Positions 1 through 11,962 of a DNA stretch of 64,000 nucleotides are shown here, piece after piece. The DNA comes from Azolla caroliniana (lineage: Eukaryota; Plantae; Polypodiophyta). Each line of letters begins with the position of its first letter. Within the stretch, counting starts at the first letter, position 1. The stretch covers positions 16,120,001 to 16,184,000 of the forward strand of contig JBHGNT010000003.1 in the NCBI GenBank assembly GCA_043228905.1. Reading direction: 5' to 3'. Made by a program: the position numbers and the translations under genes. A model generated the notes under the pieces. That model saw only the letters and a program-made list of their open reading frames with translations, ran no database searches and was not told where the DNA came from.

Positions 1-574
1 AGAATCGAGAAAGGTGCGAACATACAAAAAGAAAACCTACACCGCATGGAGGCCTTCTCATTTCGCGAACAGAGAATTGCAAACACACATAGGCGATTGA
101 AGATAAGCAGACACGAGCACCCAGAGCACCCAGAGCCCCCTAACGCACCTACCTCATCAGCAACCACCGACTCAGAAGGAGAAATGGACTGCATGACGCT
201 CTCTGAAGCAGCCAAGAAGTGGTTAAAGCAACACGGATTGGAAGGATTCCTGAGGATCATGGAGGCACTACCACACAAAGAAGCGAAAAGGGTTGTTAGA
301 GCCATCGACACAGAAGAAATCACAGAAGAGGACATTCGTGCCTTGATGGGCCTACCTGAGGGCGGTATCTTCACCATCGACAACCCTACCCCGGAGCAGC
401 TCACGAAATACTTCGGTGAGTATTCTCTGGCCAGCAAGGCATATCGCACACAGGGTGGCGAGGAGGGCTTATTTCGGGAGATTGCTCGTGTACTGCATGA
501 ATATGGCCATGTGTACCCTCGACCCCCGGCAATGCCTAGGAACAGAGCCGGGTTAATTATCGCCACATACGAAG

Positions 575-986
575 GTATATAGGTGGACTGGTCGGTGCTG
601 ATCGCCGACGGACTGCTTGCGGCCATCAACTCGGTAAGAGGGAAGGATGGAAGGGAAATATGGTCGGCGATGGCACAATGGCTCACACTGTTAGCACCAC
701 CAGTGGAGTGCAACACGGCAAAGAAGCGGGGAAGATCAGCCGAAGGAACTGTTGGGAGACAAGTCCCTCCGGATGGGAAGGTATATAGGTGGACTGGTCG
801 GTGCTGATCGCCAACGGACTGCTTGCGGCCATCAACTCGGTAAGAGGGAAGGATGGAAGGAAAATATGGTCGGCAATGGCACAATGGGTCACACTGTTAA
901 CACCACCAGTGGAGTGCAACACGACAAAGAAGCGGGGAAGATCAGCCGAAGGAACTGTTGGGAGACAGGTCCCTCCGGATGGGAAG
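575..986 (+). repeat. 206-bp tandem duplication spanning the solo-LTR left junction
   Basis: 575-780 is repeated at 781-986; GAAG microhomology at 571-574/777-780; each copy includes the first 31 bp of the LTR. Confidence 0.9.
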
Positions 987-1733
987 GGAGAAGAACAATG
1001 CTGATGAACAAACTCGCCTGAGGCTGAAAGGCCGAGGTCAAAACCGTATGACGAGTACCCGGCTACGCAGAGCCGGATGGTGCAGACCCGGTGAGAACCG
1101 GATGAGGAGTACCCGGCTACGGAGAGCTGGATGGTGCAGACGTGGTGAGAACTGGATGAGGAGTACCCGGTCACGGAGAGCCGGATGGTACAAACCTGGT
1201 GAGAACCGGATGAGCAGTACCCGACTACGAAGAGCCGGATGGTGCTGACCCGGTGAGGAATGCTCACCGGATGAAGAGACATATTCGTAAATATGTTTCT
1301 GAGAGTCCATGGAGGCTATATTTGTAAATAGCCGAAAAGTCATATTAGTATAAATATGACTTAGGGCAAACTTTTAGTTACTACTGTTGTTGTCATTCTT
1401 GTTGGTGCAAGGAAAGAGAGAGCGCGTAACTATGTACAGAGAGAGAGAGAGAGAGAGAAAGAGGTTGTTGCCTCTGTTGTAACCGCCGCCTGTGGCGAGG
1501 ATCATGAGCACGAGGTCGTTGCCTCCGTAAACTCACTGTTGTACATTCTAACATAGTGATAGTTTGCAGCCTGTGGGCTACCGTGGTTTTTTTCCCTTAG
1601 TTTGGGTTTTCCACGTAAACATCCTGTGTACTCCTCTCTTCTTCGTGTCGTGCTTTATTTCCCGTTTTCTGTGTATGATTCTAAGCTCGGTGGTGGCCGA
1701 GCGTTGCGTATAGGGAGCGTTTAGTTCCTGTTA
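956..1733 (+). mobile_element. Solo LTR, Tnt1/Tork-like Copia family
   Basis: TGTTG...GTTA (CA>TA); TSD GGAAC at 951-955 and 1734-1738; empty site visible in the next repeat unit; homologous to the PPT-adjacent LTR at 45547-46181; four 54-bp U3 repeats at ~1045-1260. Confidence 0.92.
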
Positions 1734-3969
1734 GGAACCTCCAAATCGGCTTCAAAACGGCAGCAGCTATTGGCTGCTAAGGCAACCAAGGGGAAGGAGG
1801 CCGACACTGAGAGAACGGCGAACGAGCGGCCTAACGAAATACTTCGGTGAGTATTCTCTGGCCAGCAAGGCATATCGCACACAGGGCGGTGAGGATGGCT
1901 TATTTCGGGAGATTGCTCGTGTACTACATGAGTATGGCCATGTGTACCCTCGACCCCTAACAATGCCTAGGAACAGAGCCGGGTTAATTATCGCCACATA
2001 CGAAGGTATACAGGTGGACTGGTCGGTGCTGATCGCCGACGGACTGCTTGTGGCCATCAACTCGGTAAGAGGGAAGGATGGAAGGAAAATATGTTAGCAC
2101 CACCAGTGGAGTACAACACGGCAAAGAAGAGGGGAAGATGAGCCGAAGGAACCTCCAAATCGGCTTCAAAACGGCAGTAGCTATTGGCTGCTAAGGCAAC
2201 CAAGGGGAAAGAGGCCGACCCTGAGAAAACGGCGAACGAGCGGCCTAACGAAATACTTCGGTGAGTATTCTTTGGCCAGGAAGGCATATCGCACACAGGG
2301 CGGCGAGGATGGCTTATTTCGGGAGATTGCTCGTGTAGTGCATGAGTATGGCCATGTGTACCCTCGACCCCCGATAATGCCTAGGAACAGAGCCGGGTTA
2401 ATTATCGCCACATACGAAGGTATACAAGTGGACTGGTCGGTGCTGATCGCCGATGGACTGCTTGTGGCCATCAACTTGGTAAGAGGGAAGGATGGAAGGA
2501 AAATATGGTCGGCGATGGCACAATGGCTCACACTGTTAGCACCACTAGTGGAGTGCAACACGGCAAAGAAGCGGGGAAGATCAGCCGAAGGAACCTCCAA
2601 ATCGGCTTAAAAACGGCAGCAGCTATTGGCTGCTAAGGCAACAAAGGGGAAGGAGGCCGACATTGAGAAAACGGTGAACGAGCGGCCTAACGAAATACTT
2701 CGGCGAGTATTCTCTGGCCAGCAAGGCATATGGCACACAGGGCGGCGAGGATGGCTTATTTCGGGAGATTGCTCGTGTACTTCATGAGTATGGCCATGTG
2801 TACCCTCGACCCTCTGACAATGCCTAGGAACAGAGTCGGGTTTATTATCACCACATACGAAGGTATACAGGTGGACTGGTCGGTGCTGATCGCCGACGAA
2901 CTGCTTGTGGCCATCAACTCGGTAAGAAGGAAGGATGGAAGGAAAATATGGTCGGCGATGGCACAATGGCTCACACTGTTAGCACCACCAGTGGAGTGCA
3001 ACACGGCAAAGAAGCGGGGAAGATCAGTCGAAGGAACCTCGAAATCGGCTTCAAAATGGTAGCAGTTATTGGCTGCTAAGGCAACCAAGGGGAAGGAGGC
3101 CGACACTGAGAAAACGGTGATCGAGCGGCCTAACCAGGTAGAGACGCAGGAGGCAACACCGGCACGGCCAATAAAAATTACATTTCGCCTACCGGGTCAA
3201 CAGGAGCTAGATCCCTTGGCCATAAAAATCAATCTTGGAACTTAGGAGGAGGAAACGGCGGAGGAGCCCAGCGAGCACCTCCAGCGGCGCCAGAAGAAGA
3301 GCACTGTAGACCATGCCGGGAAGCAATCGGGTCCAGAAAAGGATAGGACACTGATACCCCGCACTGAGGGCCCAGAGCTAAGGGTGGAAGCGGAATAGGT
3401 TCAAATAGAACCGGTCACAGAAATCCCTGCGCCGCAGGCTCTGGCGGCCATAGCAGAATTGGCCGACAATATTAGTATCCATGCCTCAACTAAGGTGTTA
3501 TGTACACATAACGTTGGTGAGGGTAGGTCACTAATATTTACATTAGTGAAGGGTATGTTCACTATTATTAAAAAGGGGACTAATGATTGGATAGAATGAA
3601 TGATATGTGCATGCACTATCATGATTTAGACAACCAATGAATAGAGAGCCTTTTAGAAAGGCACATCTATTCAAGGGGCCTAGGAAAAGGTATAAATATG
3701 AGGCTTAGCTACCCTCATAGGATCATCACGTCGGAAGGCTGCTGTCGTAGACACCGGTGGTGCGGGCTAGGCTTTCGTCTCGACGATCGTGTTTATCTCT
3801 TCCAAGGTATTAGTCATCCTAATATCCGGCGGTATGGGACGTCGGTGGTAGGTTGGCTATGTCTAGATCATAGCTCGGGGGTGGTCGGGTGGAACGGGTT
3901 CTTCTATCCAATCTATTTTCTTCCTTTTTACTTGATTTGGTCTATTGATTAGTAATAGACTCTTAACAG

Positions 3970-3981
3970 TGGTATCAGAGC
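3970..3981 (+). promoter_or_regulatory. Primer binding site, tRNA-iMet
   Basis: TGGTATCAGAGC 1 nt after the 5' LTR. Confidence 0.95.
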
Positions 3982-4419
3982 TTTTACTAACAATTTTTTT
4001 GTTGTTTTGATGTTTTTTGCGTGTGAGCGAGGGGGATCTAACAAGGCTCGTCATGCTCTTCTCAGGATCAAAACAACACTCTAAACCCGGTATTCTTCTT
4101 TTTTGATCTCTTCTCTTTTTCTCTTATGCGTTCTTTATGGTCGAATCAAATTGGTATTACGTTTTATTCTCTTTCTTTCTACCTCCTACTACGCTACGAT
4201 TTTACTTATTATTATGCATCGGGCCGAGCGTGTTTGCACTAATCGCACACGCTCAACTCATGGCCTTTTGCATATTGCGATATATATCCCACTCTCTCCT
4301 CTCTTGAACTCTTACGATAATAATTATTCTTGTGCATTGGGTCGAGCGTGTTTGCTCTAATCGCACACGCTTATCTCATGGCCGTTTTGCATATGATGTT
4401 GAGTATACCACTCTTCCCC

Positions 4420-4735
4420 TCTATTGAGCCATCACTTGGCCGATTCTAAGGGATGATGTGGCCTTGACGAGGTGTATGTTGCCTACCTATGCCACTCTAC
4501 TCTCTATTAAGCCATCCATTGGCCGATTCTATGGGATGTTGTGGCCTTGACAAGGTATATGTAGCTTACATATGCCACTTTCCTTTTTAATTAGCCATCA
4601 ATTGGCCGATTCTAAGGGATGATGTGGCCTTGACGAGGTATATGTCACTTACCTATGCCACTTTCCTCTTTAATTAGCCATTACTTGGCCGATTCTAGGG
4701 ATATGTGGTGGTCTTGAGGAGGTGCATGTCAACTA
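4420..4735 (+). repeat. 83-bp tandem repeat x4 in the Gypsy 5' leader
   Basis: TGGCCGATTCT at 4437, 4520, 4603 and 4686. Confidence 0.88.
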
Positions 4736-5724
4736 CCCTAGGGTTTCGTATCTTAGGGCATGTTTGATTCCATACACCTAATTGTTGATTATTCTAATTA
4801 AATCTTAATTTCATAAGTATTGTTTCACTTATATGATTTTCTAGTAATTATTATTTACCCGCCCACAATTAACTCTCCTTTTTCCACTTCCTTTTCATGT
4901 ATAAAGTATTTACATCGTTTATTTTTAATGTAACCTTTACGTGTAGACTATTTTTTTCGTATGGAGTGGCTTGTTGAACGATTTTTTTTCAACGGGTCAT
5001 CTAGGTTTAACTCTTATCATCAAGCCTTAGAAAACGAGTAAAACCATATGAGTTCCCTTATTGATGTTTTACTCATGGATTTGAGTATTACATCTTTGCG
5101 CACAACACCGTCATCACTTGTATCAATTTGTGGCTTATGTCACAATTGTGCAAGTTATAACAATCATATTGGGATGTATATGTGCATACCTTGCACTTCC
5201 CATTTATTTGTGACATTGTTTTTTTCGTAGGTAACACATGGGTTCTTTTTTTTTTTACCCTTGTTTTCGTCACTACTTAACTCTTATGAGTAGTGCCTTA
5301 TTTTATCATTTTATCATCACGTTTGCTTATTGCTCGCAAGACTAGAATATTACTTGTGAGTGCACTTGTTTTTGCACGTAATACACTTTCTCGACCATAT
5401 AATACATGATGGGTTGGCATTAATATAAGGCTATCTAGGAAATTTCATTGATGTAAGAACCATGGTTGAGCCTCAGGGAGCCGCCATGATTACTCAAGAT
5501 AGAGATCCGAGAAATACATCTTAGCTATGTTTTCCCCCATGGTTTTTAAAACACCATAGTGTTACCATAGTTATCGGATCTCGAATCACATCTCATATGT
5601 CTAGAGGGGTAAAGACATGAGATACTTTCTTGGATAAAGTTCTTTCAATCAAAGTTTCAAGCATTCATTTTGCTTGTGTATTTTCTGAACCTCCTTATTT
5701 TATTGCATACCCACAGCGTGCATC

Positions 5725-8700
5725 ATGGAACAAGTTTTGAACGCAGTTGGAACGATCTCTCCAAATGAGACCTCTCAACCCCAATCCGCATCTCGCACAC
5801 AAGCTGAGATCACTATTGAGCAATTGCTCACTACTACCTTGAATCAATTGGCCGAAATGAGACAGGCCAATATGGCATTGGAAAAGAAATTCCAAGAATT
5901 AACTATTGAGTCCAAGAAAGAAGGTGAACCTTCCTTCGTAGTAACGCCTTTCAAGGGAGATAAGAAAGAAAGAACCGAGGAGGCCATTAGCACTTGGCTT
6001 GGTCGTTGGGAGTCTCACTTTGAGCTTCATCCCAAGCCCGATGCAGTAAAAATTGGTTATGTCGGTCGTGAGTTAGGTGGCCGAGCTGCTGCTTGGTGGC
6101 GTGGCCTAAGGACCGCAAAAAACTTACCCACAACTTGGGAAGGTTTCGTTGATGTTTTTAAGAAACAATTCTTGCAGCCACCTTCTCAAACCGAACAAGC
6201 GCAACACTTGCTCACATTGTCTAGTAAGCCATTTACCTCTCTCGAGGATTATGTGCATCACGCTCGGACCCAGATCCAAAAATCGGGACTTACGGGTGAG
6301 AAATGGTTTGTCGCTTGTTTTTTGAATGGTATTCCCAATGGGGATTATCATTGGATTGTCCATGACAAGGACCCCACAACTTTCGAGGAAGCCGTCAACA
6401 TTGTGCTGCGATACCATAGGACTTCCAAGAAAGACCACAATAAACCTGAGTTCGCCAAAACTCCGAATGTCAAGTTCATTGGGAAACGTAAGCAATCCAG
6501 TGACACTCTTGACCGCGACTCAAAGAAACCGAACCTCTTCTGTGCATATTGCAAGAAGCGGGGCCACACGAGGGATACCTGTCGTCGTCTTGAGAGGAAG
6601 TCAATGAACACCCCTCCTCAAGACAAATCTACGAGTCACATAGGTGAGTCTTTTGATATTGTTGAAGTTCATACCAATCACTTAAGTTTATGTGAATGCA
6701 CTTTTCCTTCACATTTACTTGGACCTAATGATTTACTCCGAGCAGTCGGATATATCAATGGAACACAAGCACATTTCTTGTTTGATTCCGGTAGTTCTCA
6801 CAATTTTCTTAATGATCACTTTGTGCAGCAAATGGAGCTCCACATAAACGCAAGTGATCATATCTATCAAGTTCACATGGAAAATGGAAACGTTCAATAC
6901 ATCAGTGGCATTGTTTGTCAACTGCCAATTCAAATAGATACTTATTTGGAGAAGCTTGACTTTCATGTTATGAAATTACAATCCGCAGATGTCATTTTAG
7001 GATATCCTTGGTTTTTTAATAAAAACCCTTCTTTGTCCATTGATTGGGTTAATCACTCAATCACATTTGAACTTAATAATTGTAAACATTTTATTCAATG
7101 TTCCAAACTTCCTTCTCATTCACTTGTGTCTTCTAAATCTTTAAGTGAGTATTCTAGTTCATTAATTTATTCGTGTGTAATTGATCCTGCGGTTCAATTT
7201 TATTATTTTAATATTGACGCCACACAATTACCACATTTTGAGCAACGATTACTCGACTCTATTTTAGAGGATTTTCAAGATGTGTTTCCTACTGAATTAC
7301 CGCTTACTTTACCACCTAAACGTAATGTGGACCATCAAATTGAACTCATCCCTGGGGCTGCTCCTGTGAGCATTCCACCTTACCGACTTAGTCGATTAGA
7401 AGAGGATGAGATCGCTAAACAACTTAAGGAATACTTGAGTATGGGCCACATTAGGTATAGTAAATCACCTTGGGGTGCGCCAGTTCTATTAGTCAAGAAG
7501 AAGGAAGGTTCGTGGCGAATGTGTATCAATTATCGCCGTTTGAATAAAATGACAATTAAGAATGCATATCCATTACCTCGTGCCGATGATTTGATTGATC
7601 GTTTGCACGGGGCTCGATATTTTACGAAAATTGACTTACGAACTGGTTATCATTAGATTCGCATCGCCGAGGATGATATTCCTAAAACCGCTTTTCGTAC
7701 GCGCTATGGCCATTATGAGTTTTTAGTCATGCCGTTTGGGTTGACTAATGCTCCAGCCACATTCCAACAAGCGATGAATGATGTTTTCCGAGATCAACTC
7801 GGTGATTTTGTTGTCGTCTTCTTGGATGATATTTTGATATATAGCCGTACCTTGCAAGATCATGTTCAACATGTTCGATTTGTTTTGCGAAAGTTGCGTG
7901 ACAACTCTTTCTATGCAAAACATTCAAAATGTGACTTCTTCCAAAAATCTATTGTGTACCTAGGTCATTTAATTACAGAAAATGGCGTTGAAATTGAACC
8001 TTCTCGTATTGAAAAGGTTAAACTTTGGCCCATTCCTCGTAATATTCGTGAACTTAGATCATTCTTAGGGTTTGTTGGATTTTTACGAAAATCAATTCGT
8101 AACTATTCCAAATTGACTACGCCATTAACTGACCTTTTAAAAGGTCATCCACGTAAGTCTGTCAAACCAATTTCATGGAATGAACAACTTGACAAATCAT
8201 TTGAGACACTCAAGGAGCATGTGTGTCAGGCTCCCACTCTTCTATTACCAGACCCTTCTAAGCCTTTCTCAATTGAAACCGATGCTAGTGATTATGCTAT
8301 TGGTGCCGTTCTTTATCAAGGTGGTCACCCTATCGCTTTTGAAAGTAAGAAGCTTGATGCTGCTCAATCTCGGTATTCGGTTCAAGAGAAAGAGTTGTTT
8401 GCGGTGATACACACACTTAAAACATGGAGGCACTATCTCTATGGAAATAAATTTGTGGTTACAACAGACCATCAATCATTAAAGTATTTTTGTGACCAGC
8501 CCGATCTTGTTGGTCGTAAAGGCCGTTGGGCTGACCTTATGCAAGATTTTGATTTTTCCATACGATATTGCAAGGGTTCTATGAACACCGTTGCTGATGC
8601 TCTTAGTCGCATTAAAGAAGTTAACATGCTTAGCTTCACGGAAATAAAATCTGATCTTTTAGATCACCTTCGAGGGAAATACCTTGATGACAGTTATTTC

Positions 8701-10128
8701 TCAAAATACTGGACGAAAGCCGAATCTGGTTTAGATGCCGATACTAGCACCCTACCCTCGAAGGCGACCTTTCACATTACAAACGGTTTGCTCTACCGTA
8801 GTGGAAAGGTCTGTGTTCCAGATTTACCAAATGTTAAACAGAAATTTTTTCATGAATGTCATGATGCACCATCTGCTGGTCATCCTGGAATACAACGCAC
8901 ACTCATTCTCATCTCGTGTACTTTTTTCTGGCCTAAGATGCGCTCTGACGTGCATAAATACGTAACTCAATGCTTACAATGTCAGATTAATAAGTCGGAA
9001 CGACTTAAAGCTGCTGGTCTTTTACATCCCTTAGATATTCCCAACAATAAATGGGAAAGTATCTCGATGGATTTTATTGTTAGTTTACCTCGTACACAGA
9101 GGGGTCATGATGCCATATGGGTTGTCGTTGACAGGCTAACAAAATTAGCTAGATTTATTCCTACAAAAACCACGGTAACCGCTCAACAGTTGGCTTATCA
9201 ATTTGTTGATGAGTTATTTTGTTTTTATGGATTACCGATGGATATTGTTAGTGATCGAGATTCCAAGTTTACTAGTGACTTTTGGACTCAGGTCTTTAAG
9301 AAACTAGAAACTACGTTGAGCATGAGTTCCGCAGATCATCCTCAGTCTGATGGACAAACTGAACGAGTTAATCAAATTATTGAGGACATGCTTCGAGCTT
9401 ATGTAGCAAAAACCCCTTCTAAGTGGGAGCAATACCTTCCTATCTTAGAATTTGCCTATAATAGCTCTAAACATACATCCACTGGATATAGTCCTTTTAT
9501 GTTGATGTATGGTTTTAAGCCACGTGCCCCAGTTGATGTCACGATTCATCGTGATACATTAGACAGTACACGCAATTTTTTGCAAGACATGAACCAAATG
9601 TTGCATATTGCCAAAGAAAATGTCAAGACAGCTCAAGATCGTGCTCGATTTTATGCTGATCAGGATAGACGTCCTCGTGCATTTACTATTGGTCAAAAAG
9701 TTTTTTTGCGTGTCCCGACTGATTCTACGTCATTATCTACGGGCAAGTGCGCTAAGTTAGCCCCACGATATTGTGGCCCATTTGAAATCCTTAAGCGAGT
9801 TGGGTCATCTGCTTATCACCTTGCCTTACCTCGTAACGTTGGTATTCATCCTGTTTTTCACGTCAGTCGTCTAAAACCATTTTTAGGCTCTGGTGATAAC
9901 ACCATCACAATCCAAGATCTTGTAACATTAGAGGATTTTTCTTACAAACCTCATGTTCCTGAACGAATTCTTGATTCTCGTACTAAACGTTTACGTTCTA
10001 AAGAGATTCGGCTATTCAAGATCAAATGGATGGATAAACCTATTGATGATGCCACATGGGAACGCGAGCATTCGCTTAAGGCACAATTTCCTCACTTTAT
10101 ATTGCAAGAGTGCAATCTTTTGAAGTAG
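5725..10128 (+). pseudogene. gag-pol: Single-frame gag-pol (Gag, CCHC knuckle, PR, RT, RNase H, IN, chromodomain) with one premature TAG at 7654-7656
   Basis: [39 protein letters not shown] and IKW..DATWE motifs; ORFs 5725 and 7729 share a frame; stop replaces Q in GYHQIR. Confidence 0.95.
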
Positions 10129-10839
10129 GGGAGTATGTTATGTACACATAACGTTGGTGAGGGTAGGTCACTAATATTTACATTAGTGAAGGGTATGTTC
10201 ACTATTATTAAAAAGGGGACTAATGATTGGATAGAATGAATGATATGTGCATGCACTATCATGATTTAGACAACCAATGAATAGAGAGCCTTTTAGAAAG
10301 GCACATCTATTCAAGGGGCCTAGGAAAAGGTATAAATATGAGGCTTAGCTACCCTCATAGTATCATCACGTCGGAAGGCTGCTGTCGTAGACACCGGTGG
10401 TGCGGGCTAGGCTTTCGTCTCGACGATCGTGTTTATCTCTTCCAAGGTATTAGTCATCCTAATATCCGGCGGTATGGGACGTCGGTGGTAGGTTGGCTAT
10501 GTCTAGATCATAGCTCGGGGGTGGTCGGGTGGAACGGGTTCTTCTATCCAATCTATTTTCTTCCTTTTTACTTGATTTGGTCTATTGATTAGTAATAGAC
10601 TCTTAACATAAGGTCTCCCCATTTTTTCCAAACTACGATTTCCACCCTCGTTTCAACATTTCCATTCTGGAGTTTTCCGTTAATCCATCGGCCAAGAGGC
10701 ATGTCCACACCTTACAAGATGTCCATCGTGACCCCTCCCTTGAGCTCTTGACGCTAGTAAATAATATAAAGCTCACGTTGACCGACATCGCTTGGTCGTG
10801 CCGACCTTCGCAGTCAGTGACATAGTTTGGTTGCTACGT

Positions 10840-11962
10840 TGTCGTGAAGATTTTCGGCAATGGTGTGAAAATCACATAAAACGTACAAAATCGAGTATGA
10901 ATCACATAAAACAATAAGAGTGAAGATAAAATTTTAAATAAGTTTAATATCTAAGTCCAAAATGATGGAGGTCTTCAAGAGCTTTCAAATGCATTTTATT
11001 ACATGAGAAACGGACAACTAGATGTCAAGATATGAGGGTATAAAGTTTGTGAAAGGAAAAGAGAAAACTGTGAGATATCCCACATAGGCACGAAAAATAC
11101 GGCTCTCATCATATATAAGGTAGAGCAAAAGTTATTGTCTTTGTGTCTATGTGGAGCATAGAGAGTTCAAGGTAACTTGAACTAAGAGTGGAGGTGGCCT
11201 AGCTACTCGTAAGGGTTTTGGCCAACCAAAACCGGACCGGCGATGGAGTTGGTGATCCGGTGGAACCGACATCCGACGGAGCTGGCGAGCCGGTGTAACC
11301 GACATTCGGAGGCACACCGGCATCTAGCGGCATCTGGTGCTGGCGAGGTGACGGCATCCGGCGGCATCCGACGACAAGATAAATAAATAAATATATATAT
11401 ACATATACAAGGAGGGCAAGTAAAGATTCAAACCTTGCACCTCCAAGTTATGAGTCAATTGACTTACCACTAAACCAAGATATTTAGTTGAAATTATATT
11501 TCTATCATCATACTTTTACATGTAAATTCTCATACATGAGAGCTAAAATGAGTGACATGGTTATCATGCACCACATGTAATACATGAGCGCCATATGGCA
11601 AACATGCATTTTATGCATGTCTTGTACCGTCACATGCATCATATGCATGGGGGCATCTATAAAAGGATAGATAAAAATGTATTATGGATCCATGTATGAA
11701 CTAAGAAATTAATGAGAAGAAAATTCATTGATGATATATCTTGTTTCTTAAATCAAGAGTTAAAATCTTAATCTCAATATCTCTCTCTTGGCCATATCAA
11801 TCTTTCTCAATCTAAGTCAAGCGTTTAATCTTAATCTCTTTCTCTCTGTCTATCTATCCTAAATACTTTCTCGCTAAGCTTGGTGCGAACTTCGATCCTT
11901 CCGGTCCAGAACCTTGGTGGTTCCGCCTCGCGATCCGCGCCTAGTGATGGATCTTCACGACA
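10840..11962 (+). mobile_element. Solo LTR of the tRNA-Trp-primed Gypsy group, 4-bp TSD
   Basis: 12-bp terminal inverted repeat TGTCGTGAAGAT..ATCTTCACGACA; ACGT on both sides restores the host frame; 5' end matches the LTR of 40887-45239. Confidence 0.85.

Larger units (their letters stand above)
405..3134 (+). repeat. Four tandem copies of a ~442-bp coding segment
   Basis: Units start GAAATACTTCGG at 405, 1836, 2250 and 2692. Unit 2 is 414 bp; unit 1 is interrupted by the solo LTR. Confidence 0.9.
46..3469 (+). pseudogene. Disrupted retrotransposon accessory ORF (extra-ORF type), tandemly amplified and interrupted; resumes briefly at 12704-12814
   Basis: ORF 46-582 continues as ..YEGIQVDWSVLIADGLL..MAQWLTLL.. 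followed by a basic/acidic low-complexity tail. The layout resembles extra ORFs of plant LTR elements (inference); no RT/IN motifs. Confidence 0.45.
3496..10608 (+). mobile_element. Full-length young Ty3/Gypsy chromovirus
   Basis: 473-bp LTRs at 3496-3968 and 10136-10608 (TG..CA, one mismatch seen); TSD TAAGG; PBS TGGTATCAGAGC; PPT before 10136. Confidence 0.97.

Noticed and set aside
1001-1046. Hammerhead ribozyme (CTGATGA..AAAC) in an LTR
   Set aside because: No GAAA core; sibling LTRs (~33240, ~46130) read TTGATGA..GAAT, so the catalytic core is not conserved.
3698-3952. Duplicated 84-aa ORF (also 10338-10592)
   Set aside because: Chance ORF inside near-identical LTRs.
7654-7656. Programmed stop-codon readthrough between gag and pol
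   Set aside because: The stop lies inside the conserved RT motif GYHQIR and is a simple CAG>TAG change.
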